From Podarcis erhardii (Eukaryota), in assembly GCA_964252035.1 (NCBI GenBank), contig OZ176210.1: a stretch of 64,000 bases of DNA. One strand, given 5' to 3'. Numbering within the stretch: the stretch's first letter is position 1; each line of letters starts with the position of its first letter. This document shows, piece by piece, positions 35,501 through 46,310 of this stretch. Under the pieces are notes generated by a model. The model worked only from the letters and a program-made list of their open reading frames with translations, made no database searches and had not been told where the DNA came from. Position numbers and translations under genes: made by a program.

Positions 35501-38500
35501 CAAGGCAGTAGAGGTTTGGGATCAGTTTTCCTCCTGCTACATGGACTACCTTCCCAGATAAGCCCCATCTGCCCCTCACTTCTCTATATAGCCTGTGCAG
35601 AAACCAACTTCTTGAACATTGGACCCACTATTGGTCTCATCCACTCAATCCGATGGAACCTGTATTCACATATTCGGAAGTCCCTTTTTCACTGAGGGTT
35701 TGAGACCTATTGGCTCCCCTCACCTGGTTTAGCTGGCCAGTCAAAGCCATTCCCGGGGTGTGGCATGCTGACAGCTTCTAGGAGCCACAGGTACAGGGTG
35801 GGGACCAAAGGTGGACAAGCTACCCTGAAAAGAGCACAATGTGTCTGCCCCCACTACCCCCCTGACACCCCAAAGTAATACTGTAACTGGGAATATTAAC
35901 TTTAGTACTTTTTTTTTTTTAGGAGAAAGGGTAGTATGTAAACACAGTAACTTTTTAAAGTACAGCTACACTTGTATCTACCATGGGTTGCAAATATATC
36001 TTTTCTAGACAATGAGCCTTAACGTTTTAACAGAAAGGATACTTGCCTGTTTTAATTTAATTACTGCAGTACTAAGCATCATAATGTGTTTTATAGTCTC
36101 CCCGATCAACCTAATGAAAGCATAAACAGAAATCAGCATGACCCTGAGGCCCATACAATCAAATCAAACTTAGATGCAAATGCACTTAAACAGAAGCCTG
36201 ATGTCCTTCTTCTAAGAAAAGCATATATAAGGACATATAAAGTTGTCTTATGTTAAGGAAGACCACTGGTCCAACTAGCGCAGTACTGTTTACACTGACT
36301 GGCAGTGGCTCTTCAGGGTTTCAGATAGGGGACATTCCCAGCAAAGCATGCAAAGCTCTACCACCGAACTACAGCCCTATCTCTTTGGTATGGAGTGATT
36401 TGGAGTGAATATGCAGTGTTGGGTTAAGCTGCTTAATTCTTTCCCTAGCTGTGGTTTTCTGCTGTAAATCCCCCCCCCCACATTGTTCTTTTCCCTACAG
36501 AGTTTCAAATGTGTTTCCCACAGGGGGAGTTGCAGCAGAAAGCAGTGGCCAAAGATTAAGCAGCCCCCATACTGCTAAAAGGTAAAGGTAAAGGTACCCC
36601 TGTCCGTACGGGCCAGTCGTGTCCGACTCTAGGGTTGCGTGCTCATCTCGCTCTAGAGGCCGTGAGCCGGCGCCGTCTGAAGACACTTCCGGGTCACGTG
36701 GCCAGAGTGACGAAGCTGCAGCTGGCAAGCCAGCACCAGTGCAGCACACAGAAATGCCGTTTATCTTCCTGCTATAAAGCGGTCCTTATTTATCTACTTG
36801 CACTTAAGAGTGCTTTCGAACTGCTAGGTGGGCAGGAGCTGGGACCGAACGACGGGAGCTCACCCCGCTGCGGGGATTTGAACCGCCAACCATGCGATCG
36901 GGAAGTCCTAGGCACTGAGGTTTTACCCACAGCGCCACCCGCGTCCCTAGTACTGCTACTTCTCTCCAAATCATCCCATCCCAAAGTGGCTGGTATTTTT
37001 GTTGTGCATTTTGTGCGCAGCATTTCATTTGGCCCTTAGTTTACACCAGGGCTGCGGAACTCTGAGTCTTCCAGGTGTTGGCCAATTCCATCAACCGGGA
37101 TGGCCAATAGTCAGGGATTATGGAAAATATATTTTGGACTCTTGGTTAAGACTTTATTGACACATTTCCCCTGCAATATGACCCAGCCGTGTATGCTTTA
37201 CTGAACATAACATACAGTTTTATTTTGTTTTTTATGTTATATTATATTGAGTTTCTTGCTTTGGTGCCTAGATATCTTTATGTTGAGTGGTGTAGAAACT
37301 GATTGATAAGTAAGCAAACAAGCAAACAAACGTAGTCTAACGTCATCTGGAGGGCCACAGATTCCCCACCCTTGGTTTAAATCTATTCACAGACTCAATT
37401 TAAATGAAGGCAGTTTGTCTTCAATCCACTTTTCTCTAACAAAAAGAGTTGAAAATGGCCTGCACCAGATCAGGTCTAAAAGCCAGGTGATGGGGGTATT
37501 TCTAATGGCCAAATATTCAAATATCAAGAGATCTGTCTTTGGCTTTTACTAGTACTTCTATGTGTGTATTGTGCCAGCTAAGCATGCAACACACCTGGGC
37601 ATCAAGATATTCATCTGCAGCTGCAGCAAGTTGCAAGCAGTGAAAAACAACAATAAAAAGCAGTATTTAGAGAAAAAGTCTCAAAAGTACATGTTATGGC
37701 ACCAGCACCTGTGCGTTGTAATGCAGATTTGGTCAAGTTCCTATGAAGCAAAGGGACTGGAGCCATTTAAAAACCAGGGTGGGGACAACAGCATGCTAGA
37801 CCGCCCACTTTTTTATTCTCCATGTTTTCCCCTCTTCAGCTGTTTTCTTCCTAGGGGAGTTACTTTCACTGTTATGACTTCCCTGTGAGAAACTGCCAAA
37901 ACATGTTATGGGGAGGTAAATGACATAGGCGCTTACTCTAAGTGGACGCTGCCCAACAACCAACCAACCAACCAACCAAAAACAAAAGCAGCAGCTGCCT
38001 TCTATAAAAATCAGCAACAGCACAATTCTAAGGAACAGGTTTGCTGAGATCACAGCTAATTTTAACCTGATTCTAGTTTTAAACTGTATCCCATTTGTAG
38101 TTAAATGGAACCACAGTATGAGAATTTTACAAAGGACTAAAATAGGGCATTGCAACAGCTGATTTAAACCAACTATAAGGGACTAGAAATTTCATCTAGG
38201 AATATCAGTTGCCTAACCAGAGTGCCTTTCTGAAATATTCTATTATCCACAGAAGCAGTATTTAAATATCAATTCCATAGTCATTAAACAAGCTACAAAT
38301 ACTCTTGTCAGTTAAATAATTCAGTTTAAATAACTCCTTGGACTTTCAAATCCCCTTACTTTAAGTTGTCATCATTGTTCCTCAGCTTGGCTCTAAGTGC
38401 ATCATTTACTTGCAACCTATACAGTTAAAAAGAAGAAAAGTAAGATGTGTTCTGAGGAAATGCATAACAGTATGTCTAGAACATTCATAGAAGAAATAAG

Positions 38501-41500
38501 AACTGGATTCTAAGAATTTTTTTCCTGCTTTCATATACACATTTCCGTGAACAAGTGATGCACCATAACTTACTGGCTAAACATTACACATCACATCAGA
38601 GTATTTCAAAGATCAAGATGTGTATGAAACTTTGTATAGTAAGGAACCTTGTGTTTGTATTTCTGATGAAATTCCAATAATATATTTTATTTCAATTAGT
38701 GGTTAAGCTGTTTCATATGCTAAATGCATAGCTGTCAACCGTCCCTTATTTGGCAGGAAAGTCCCTTATCCCAGCGCTGTGTCCCGCTGCTATCCCTTAT
38801 TGATGGATGTCCCTTAAATGATGTCCCTTAAATTTCAAAAGAAGCAGCTCCTCTCCCTCCCTCCCTGCCAGCCAGGGAGGAGGGAGGCTCCAACTGTGTT
38901 GCTTGGCTGTGTTGCTCACCCAATAAGGAGTCTAAGAACGACTGGGGGGGGGGGGGGAGCTTGCATGCCTTGTGCCGATCAAATTGGCCGCGTTGCCTGG
39001 GGACTCGCCTTTGCTCAGTGCTTCGCAGCGGAGAGGTGATGGTGGTTTTCCTTGCTGCATCCCCTTTGCCGGGTTGCTGCGCTGTGGGAACCACCGTTTG
39101 AGGCTTCGTTTGGCTGCTGACTGGGCTTTCTGCCTTTGGCTGGGAGGGGCTCAGAAGTTGAACATAGCTGTGCTCTGAAAATCCTTTATTCTGGCTGCTG
39201 ATCCCTTATTTTTGAGGCTGCTGGTCCCTTATTTTCAAATCTGTAAGTTGACAGCTATGGCTAAATGTCATAGATATGAAGTTCAATAGAAGGCAGCGGC
39301 AGAGTAAAAAGTTGTCTAATGCTCAATTTTGTAAAGCATAAAAATTACTATTTAGTAATTTCACATATGTAACTTTGCTGCACAATCAAGCAGTGAGTTG
39401 GATGCACAAGCCCATTAATTTCAGTGGATCTTAATTCCACATAACATGCTAGATTGTGGCTTGGATTTTTTAATTTCCATGTGGTAAGAATCTGACCAAA
39501 CAAGCCATCCCTGTGGTAACAGACACAGTATATTTTCAATTCCTCCTACATTAGTTCTTCATTCATGTCCTATGTTATACTTCAACTTTTCAGAAAGACT
39601 GAATCTTTACCTTTGTAATGCCAAAGTTTTGTGTCTGTGTGATAGCTTCACTTCTTCCAATTCCCCTTCCAAGTCTTCTATTGTACTAAGAGCAAAAGAA
39701 AACTCAGGTAAACAGAAACCAAGGATCAGGTGATCTGAAACGTATATTTCTTAGAAGGTGATTCTTCTATCAAACTTTTCTAACAACTGGAGAAGTTTTT
39801 AACACATTTTCCTAGTTACTGATGTTTGAAAAGCAATATTGCTCTGCTCAGATATTGATCCTTACTCTTTCTGCAAGTTGCACTGGGAACTTGGAGATGT
39901 AGAACAGCAAGTAGATATGTAATGCTGAAATTATTCATATAATGATTTCTGCTCCTCCTCCACATTTAATGTAACATCTGTGTTGCCAGCATTATTGGGT
40001 GGGAAAGCTTTCTGAGACCATGCCACACAAGCACATAACTTGTTATTGGATGCAGCATTCAGCATACAGATTTCAACTTTCATTGAGAAATTAATCCAGA
40101 TTCTAGACCCCAAGGCTATGAAACAAGGTTGGTGGGTGGACAATACAGGGGAAGGGATTGAGCAGAATTCCCAACACAGGCAGTGGAGTATTAACACCAC
40201 AGACAGCTTGTTGCTCTTCAAAGGGGCAAACATACAAAATATGCGGACAACCATTTACACAATTTAAACTGGCCACAGAACTTCCAGTTTTGTGTGTGTT
40301 TTTTTAACATGGTCTGAGCACAATGAACAAAACCACAACAAGCCGCTTATCCCATTTACCTTGCTTTCACACACATTCCCTTGGAGATACATCCCACTGA
40401 AATAAGTACAGTTTACTTTCAACTATGTTTGTTAAGGATAAACAATTTTAAAGCTTGCCATTTAAACTCAGAAAAAGCATAAAGATATTTTAGACACTTT
40501 TAAATACAAGCCTGATAGTTTATAAATACTACAACATTTTCAGTTATTTTGTTAAATCACAGATAATTCTGCAAATAGAAATGAACTAGAATATGCAACA
40601 TGTAAAGAGATACAGGTGAATGCTTCATACCCATTTCCTCCTTACAAATATAACATTGCCATTAGCCCTTTGCCTTTTGCCTAGAGCACAAAAGTAAGTT
40701 TTTGCTTGTTTGAACTGTACGTGGGGGGAAACCATGGAAACACCATAGTAGGGTATTCATTAATAAGTTATGATAACATACCACACAATGGCCTTTTCAT
40801 CAATAACTTGATCCGTAATGATTTCTTCACCTGTCACATAAAAGATGAATATGTTAGAAGTAACTGAAAAACACTCCCCCCGCCAAGAGGAACATGCCAA
40901 TAGTATAGTCAAGAGACTTCATCCTGGTATTTACTTTCTAAACAAGGGCTTATCAAATAACTTTACATGTTTGTACTGTATTTTTTATTTAGCAATATAT
41001 AAACATAATAAATTTTTATTTTTCACAATGGTAGTCACATACTTACTTGCATTAACTGTTGCATTATATTCCAAAAGTTGATGCTTTATTTGTTCTCTTA
41101 CTCTACAAAGTAAAAAAACAAATTAACAGAAAAAAATCAAGTGAGTGGATATGGTAGTAGTTTACAGAAAATTTATCTTGTTCACATATTAATTAATAGC
41201 ACCCACCTTTTATCTGATACTGAAATCAAAGACAGTAGCATTCTGATCAGCATTTTAAAGGAGGAGCTGGGTATGTCTTTAGAAAGACCCAATCTTCGGA
41301 TGAAGGGCAGTATACATATTTAACAATAATGAAAAATTAACATCCTGAAAGGGTCTTGCTTCTCCCATTAGCACAACCTTGGATTCCAGAAGAAATCAGC
41401 CATGACACTCTCTGACTTTACAGCCTGCAGCCTCTCTCCTAACTTCTCATTCACATAACTGAATTTTCAACTATGGCCTTTTACTTTTACCTAACTAATC

Positions 41501-43136
41501 AGGGAGGGAGGCCCACCCATTTGACCTCTGGCACAGAGCCATTCCCTTTGTTCTCTTAATGAATCATAATTAGCAGGCCATTACCAGGCTGGCCTGGATA
41601 TTCCAGCAATTGAATCCATGCTGGATCCAGGAATTTTAAGGGGTGCTCATAACCTATAATGCGAGGGTGTGTGGGTGCCATTGAGGTTGGTCTGGAAGTC
41701 GCAGCTAATGCAAAACACAATGGCATGGCTCAACTAGCTGTAATGTCAATACAGCTGGACAAAGCCCAATACAGCCTGGAACCATCCCTAAAATATAATC
41801 TTATGCCTTTATGCCCAGCCTATGACTGCACTCTGAAGGAGAGGGTTTCTTCCATGCAATGTAGAAACTGGGGCTTTAGCTTGGCAGCACCTACTCTTTG
41901 GAACTCCCTCCCACTGCATATCAGATGCTGCCTCTATAGACTTTTGAAGACTTTCCTTTTCCCACAAGCCTCTTAAGGGTAGATTTTTGTTTTGCATTGG
42001 ACCCAAAGTTGTTTTTTATGCATATTTTCACCGCTTCAAGACTTTTTTTCCTTTCAGAAGCAACAAATAGAAGCCACAGAATCATAAAGTTGGACGGGAC
42101 CCCAAGGGTCATCTAGTCCAACCTCCTGCAATGCAGGAATCCTGCCCACAGCCATCCCCGGGTGGGCTCAAACCACTAACCTTCTGGTTAACAGCTAGAT
42201 GCACAGACCCATTGCACAGACCTGGGCACTTTAATAAATAACTAGGTAAAGATGAAAGGGACCCCTGGCCATTAGGTCCAGTCGTGACCGACTCTGGGGT
42301 TGCGGCGCTCATCTTGCTTTATTGACCAAGGGAGCCGGCGTACAGCTTCCGGGTCATGTGGCCAGCATGACTAAGCCGCGAACCAGAGCAGTGAACGGAA
42401 ATGCTGTTTACCTTCCTGCCAGAGCGGTACCTATTTATCTACTTGCACTTTGACGTGCTTTCGAATTGCTAGGTTGGCAAGAGCAGGGACTGAGCAATGG
42501 GAGCTCACCCCGTTGCGAGGATTCGAACCGCCAACCTTCTGATTGGCAGGTCCTAGGCTCTGTGGTTTAACCCACAGCGCCACCCGCGTCCCAATAAAAA
42601 ACTAAATATGCACAATTAAGGTTTACATGCTCCCAATGCATTTCTTTGGGCTTTCTAAATAATATTATAGAGGTGGCATAGAAATTCAAATCTACCGTGA
42701 CTGGAAACAGCAAATGCGACAATTTGGAGGTGGGGGGGCGTGTTTGTGCGTGGGTGTTTGTAGAGAGGGCAGGGGTGCCAACATGAATACAATATTTTTT
42801 GGGGGGGAAGCATAACCGATCACACGACGTAGCGCACCTTCACTCTTTGAATGGCAATGCCCATCAACTTGGGGGGGGCCCGGCCCCTTCAAATATTTTA
42901 TGGGGGAGCGAAGGGCGTTGGCTCCTATGGGAGGGAGTGAGTGTTTCTCTCTGTGTTGAGACTCCGCCCGACACCAATACCCAGAGAGGGCCTGACCTTA
43001 AAAGCGACACCAGGTCCAGCTTCTCCTGCCCCTCCTCGCCCACGAGCCGTCGAGTTTCTTCTGATGTCTCTTCAACGAAGCCGTCGAGAGGAGCCGCCGC
43101 CGCCGCCGCCGCCGCCGCGCCCTCCCTTGTTTCCAT
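32592..43136 (-). CDS. CENPH: Centromere protein H, 9 exons, 249 aa
   Basis: Exons: 42997-43136, 41047-41102, 40782-40830, 39611-39685, 38360-38416, 36047-36110 (GC donor), 35051-35102, 33034-33197, 32592-32684. Total 750 nt in frame. C-terminus NLIIGSEVNWAEDPALKEIVLQLEKNVARM*. Sits between CCNB1 and MRPS36 as in mammals. Confidence 0.93.
33315..33563. mobile_element. Tc1/mariner (Tigger-like) MITE
   Basis: TA|cagttgtaccttgg..ccaaggtatgactg|TA. Confidence 0.75.
34431..34684. mobile_element. Tc1/mariner (Tigger-like) MITE
   Basis: TA|cagtcctaccttggg..ctgaggtaccactg|TA, with internal palindromes. Confidence 0.72.
35172..35860 (-). mobile_element. Non-autonomous retroelement, tentatively RTE-clade related
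   Basis: Resembles a recurrent lizard interspersed repeat (recalled). Short caacaa-type tail at the left end on the minus strand. No convincing ORF. Confidence 0.4.
36578..36947 (-). mobile_element. Sauria SINE (divergent subfamily), CENPH intron 5
   Basis: Same architecture. TSD tactgcta on both flanks. Confidence 0.88.
38727..39259. mobile_element. Non-autonomous hAT transposon, CENPH intron 4
   Basis: 13-bp TIR CATAGCTGTCAAC/GTTGACAGCTATG, perfect 8-bp TSD gctaaatg, repeated subterminal (g/a)tcccttat motifs. Confidence 0.9.
42245..42592 (-). mobile_element. Sauria SINE, CENPH intron 1
   Basis: TSD aataaataacta / aataaaaaacta (42233-42244, 42593-42604). Confidence 0.88.
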
Positions 43137-43420
43137 CCCAGCAGCAGCAGCAGCTCCCAGCCAGGCCCGCTTCCCTCGCGCAACTCCCTCCCCTCTGTTT
43201 CAAAAGGCCCGCCGCCGCAGCCTTACGTCACGGTCCCGAAGGAGAGCGGCGATCGATTGCTCCTGCCTGAGATAAGCCGCACTCCCAGCTCCGAACGAAA
43301 TCCGAAGACGCTCTACCTTCCGGCCTGGTGGGCCACGCCTCCCAGCTTTAATGGGCGTGCCGAAGAAAGCTCCTCTTCAAGGGGGCGGGGCGTCAAGTAC
43401 GTGGAGCCGCGTTAGGCCCC
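42930..43420 (-). promoter_or_regulatory. CpG island / promoter of CENPH with candidate CHR
   Basis: TTTGAA on the minus strand at about 43199-43204, CRE-like ttacgtca at about 43222, GC box at 43381-43390. Confidence 0.65.
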
Positions 43421-43468
43421 CGCAGAAGGGGGAAGAGAGTTTTTTTCGTGGGCCATGATTTTATTAAT

Positions 43469-43498
43469 TACTACTGCTACTACTACTACTACTACTAC
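43469..43498. repeat. (TAC)n microsatellite upstream of CENPH
   Basis: Directly visible, one interruption. Confidence 0.9.
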
Positions 43499-43732
43499 AG
43501 CATTAGGTCCTCTCTCGCGCAGACAGACATAATAAAACAAAGAAAAATGGGTAAAGGAGGGCGGTCGGTTATAAACCAACTAAAACAAGGGGCGGGGCTT
43601 TAGGCTGCAATCCTAAACACATTTACACCTTGAATTTGGTGGAACTGGTGAATTTACGCTTGCAGTGTTAGGATGGAAAAATAAAGCATTGTCCAGTAGC
43701 ACCTTATGGACCAACTAAGTTTGTTCAGGGTA

Positions 43733-44547
43733 CAGTGGTACCTCGGGTTACAGACGCTTCAGGTTACAGACTCCGCTAATCCAGAAATAGTGCTTCAGGT
43801 TAAGAACTTTGCCTCAGGATGAGAACAGAAATCACGCAGTGGTGGCAGTGGGAGGCCCCATTAGCTAAAGTGGTGCTTCAGGTTAAGAACAGTTTCAGGT
43901 TAAGAACGGACCTGCCCAAAGGTTAAAGCCTACTGGGAAATGATCTATAATGAAATTAAGAAAGTCCTTAAGTGGACATTTGTAAAGAAACCGGAGGCTT
44001 TTCTCTTGGGCATGGTCGGCCAATTGGTACCAAAGAAAGATAAGACCTTTTTTATGTACGCAACCACAGCAGCAAGAATTCTCCTGGCAAAGTATTGGAA
44101 GATGCAAGAATTACCTACTCTGGAAGAATGGCAGACGAAGGTGACTGAATTTATGGGACTGGCAGAGATGACCGGCAGAATCCGTGATCAGAGGAGAGAG
44201 ACGGTGGAAGAAGACTGGAAAAAATTTAAACTATATCTTAAGAACTGTTGCAAAATTTCGGACTGATAAAATGTTAAGGGTTAAGAAATAAAGAACTATA
44301 GCTGTAAATATTTAAGTTAAGAAAATTTTGAGGGAAACGAAATATTGAAAAGGAATGAAGGATTGCTAAAAATTTCTGAAACAGGGGTGCAGTGAAGGGG
44401 AGGCGTGGGGAAGTCATGTGTTGTTTATTTGTGTGTTTTTTGGTTTTATGAAAATTAATAAAAATTATTAAAAAAAAAAAAAAGAACAGTTTCAGGTTAA
44501 GAATGGACCTCTGGAATGAATTAAGTACTTAACCCGAGGTACCACTG
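43733..44547. mobile_element. Tc1/mariner MITE interrupted by an L1 insertion
   Basis: TA|cagtggtacctcgggtta..taacccgaggtaccactg|TA. Uninterrupted sibling at 53230-53455. Confidence 0.9.
43914..44481 (+). mobile_element. 5'-truncated L1 (ORF2 C-terminus, 3' UTR, polyA)
   Basis: (W)TCPKVKAYWEMIYNEIKK..WKKFKLYL*, polyA at 44470-44481, 29-bp TSD at 43885-43913 and 44482-44510. Confidence 0.88.
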
Positions 44548-44610
44548 TATAAGCTTTCGTGTGCATGCACACTTCAGATACAGTGAAGCATAAGTCACCA
44601 GACCCCTATA

Positions 44611-44769
44611 TTCTTTGGCGATCACTCCTAGCTGAGTAAAATTGTCTTCCATATACACGGTTTTAACAATGAGTCCTTAAGTGACTGTGGAGGCCAATTC
44701 TGGATCCACACGTCCTTCCACAGTGGGGACATTGGTTTCCGGACAGGAGTTGATCACGGTGTGGATTTG
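44611..44769 (-). mobile_element. RTE-clade LINE 3' fragment
   Basis: Minus strand ends CPHCGRTCGSRIGLHSHLRTHC* (RTE C2H2-type terminus). Confidence 0.75.
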
Positions 44770-44789
44770 ACCTATACATAAGGGTAGGG

Positions 44790-44962
44790 TGATCGCTGGA
44801 GAATTGATGCTTTTGAATTGTGGTGCTGGAGGAGACTCTTGAGAGTCCCATGGACTGCAAAAAGATCAAACCTATCCCATTCTGAAGGAAATAAACCCTG
44901 AGTGCTCACTGGAAGGACAGATTCTGAAGCTGAGGCTCAAGTAAATTGGCCACCTCATGAGA
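44790..44962 (+). mobile_element. BovB LINE internal fragment
   Basis: Reads RIDAFELWCWRRLLRVPWTA..KEINPECSLEG..LKLRL..GHLMR, matching recalled BovB ORF. Confidence 0.8.
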
Positions 44963-46217
44963 AACAACCAGTTACTTAGTAGGATTTAAACAGAAGCAGA
45001 ATGGGCTTACTAGAGCTCACTATACAATAGCATCTGCCAAGACTGACCTGTTCACTGTAGTCATTACATGGTTTGGTTTTAACAACAGCTGCAGCTATCT
45101 TGCTTTTAAATAAATTCAAGTGTGCCATACCCTCCCTTTTGCCTGAATGAACTGGAAATATTTCCAATCAAGCAGTGTAATTGCAGTAGTGCTCTTCCCA
45201 AGACCTTGCAAATATGTGACCATGAATCCTTACTAGCATGCTTGAGTTGCTGTGAACATCAGAATATTTTTCCTCCCACCACACCCAACTGCAGGAATAG
45301 CACACATGTTGCACCTGGCTCAGATAAATTGAAGTCACTCAAAATGATTGCACCAATTCAGATAGGCAGCCATTTCCCATCCTTTTCAGCATGGCTTGCT
45401 ACTTTTAAAGTGACAGAACCCTACTAAAGTTGACTAGCTTCAGGCTAACCTTCCCCAATCAAGTTGTTTTATTAAACTTTCACCAGACTCTGGAAGCTAC
45501 AGTATGAAACACCCCAAGCAATTAATTATAAATTCAAATAATAAAAACTACGGTATATCTCACCTGTCCTCTCCAGAAAACCCAATTTGTAAGGCCTGAG
45601 CTGACAGCTATAATTTCTCTATAGCCCTTTTTTTGCATTAGCTAAAACAATGTTAATTTAAAAGTGTGTTGTTTCCTTTAGAATTGCTGCTGCAACAACT
45701 ACTGAAGTTTAAAAACTACACTAATAGGAGGGAAGGGAGGCCTTACATCCTAGGTATCAGAGACTGATCTAAACGTCAAGTAGTCATGGCTCATGTTATG
45801 TTCTATGTACCTGTGATTACATTTGATTTGCACTTGTGTCCAAACAGCAGCTTGGCCATCCTAACAAGAGTTATAGGACAGCAATAAAATAGACTTTAAA
45901 AGAACAGGAAGAGTTCTTGACTATTAGAAGTTGCTCTTAGACAAAGCAGACAAAGAAGCAACCTAAAAGTCTAGCCAAATTGGTTTCCCTAAAGCATACT
46001 TTTATAATGGTTTGCCAATCAGCTTTTTTTTAGTAAAGTTTGCTCATGTATGCTCCATTGTGCTAAAGAACATACAACCATCTTCATACCGAGAAGCCAA
46101 AGATTTATAGCTTATTTAAAATTGTAGGCTGCCTTTGTGAATCAACAACTCACTAGCTAATCTGCAATTCAGGAATTTCAATTAGACCATGACAAGGAGG
46201 TTAAAGTAAAAAAGAAG

Positions 46218-46227
46218 TTTATTAAAA
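46218..46227 (-). terminator. CCNB1 polyA hexamer overlapped by a CPE (TTTTAATAAA)
   Basis: About 85 nt after the stop codon. Confidence 0.75.
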
Positions 46228-46310
46228 CTTTTATAACCACTATATTTATAATATACACACACTTAAGTAGCAACACACGGTGTCAACTTTGTCCAACAGT
46301 TAAATTAGGT

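Noticed and set aside
35252-35695. 147-aa ORF
   Set aside because: Inside an interspersed repeat, with no domain signature.
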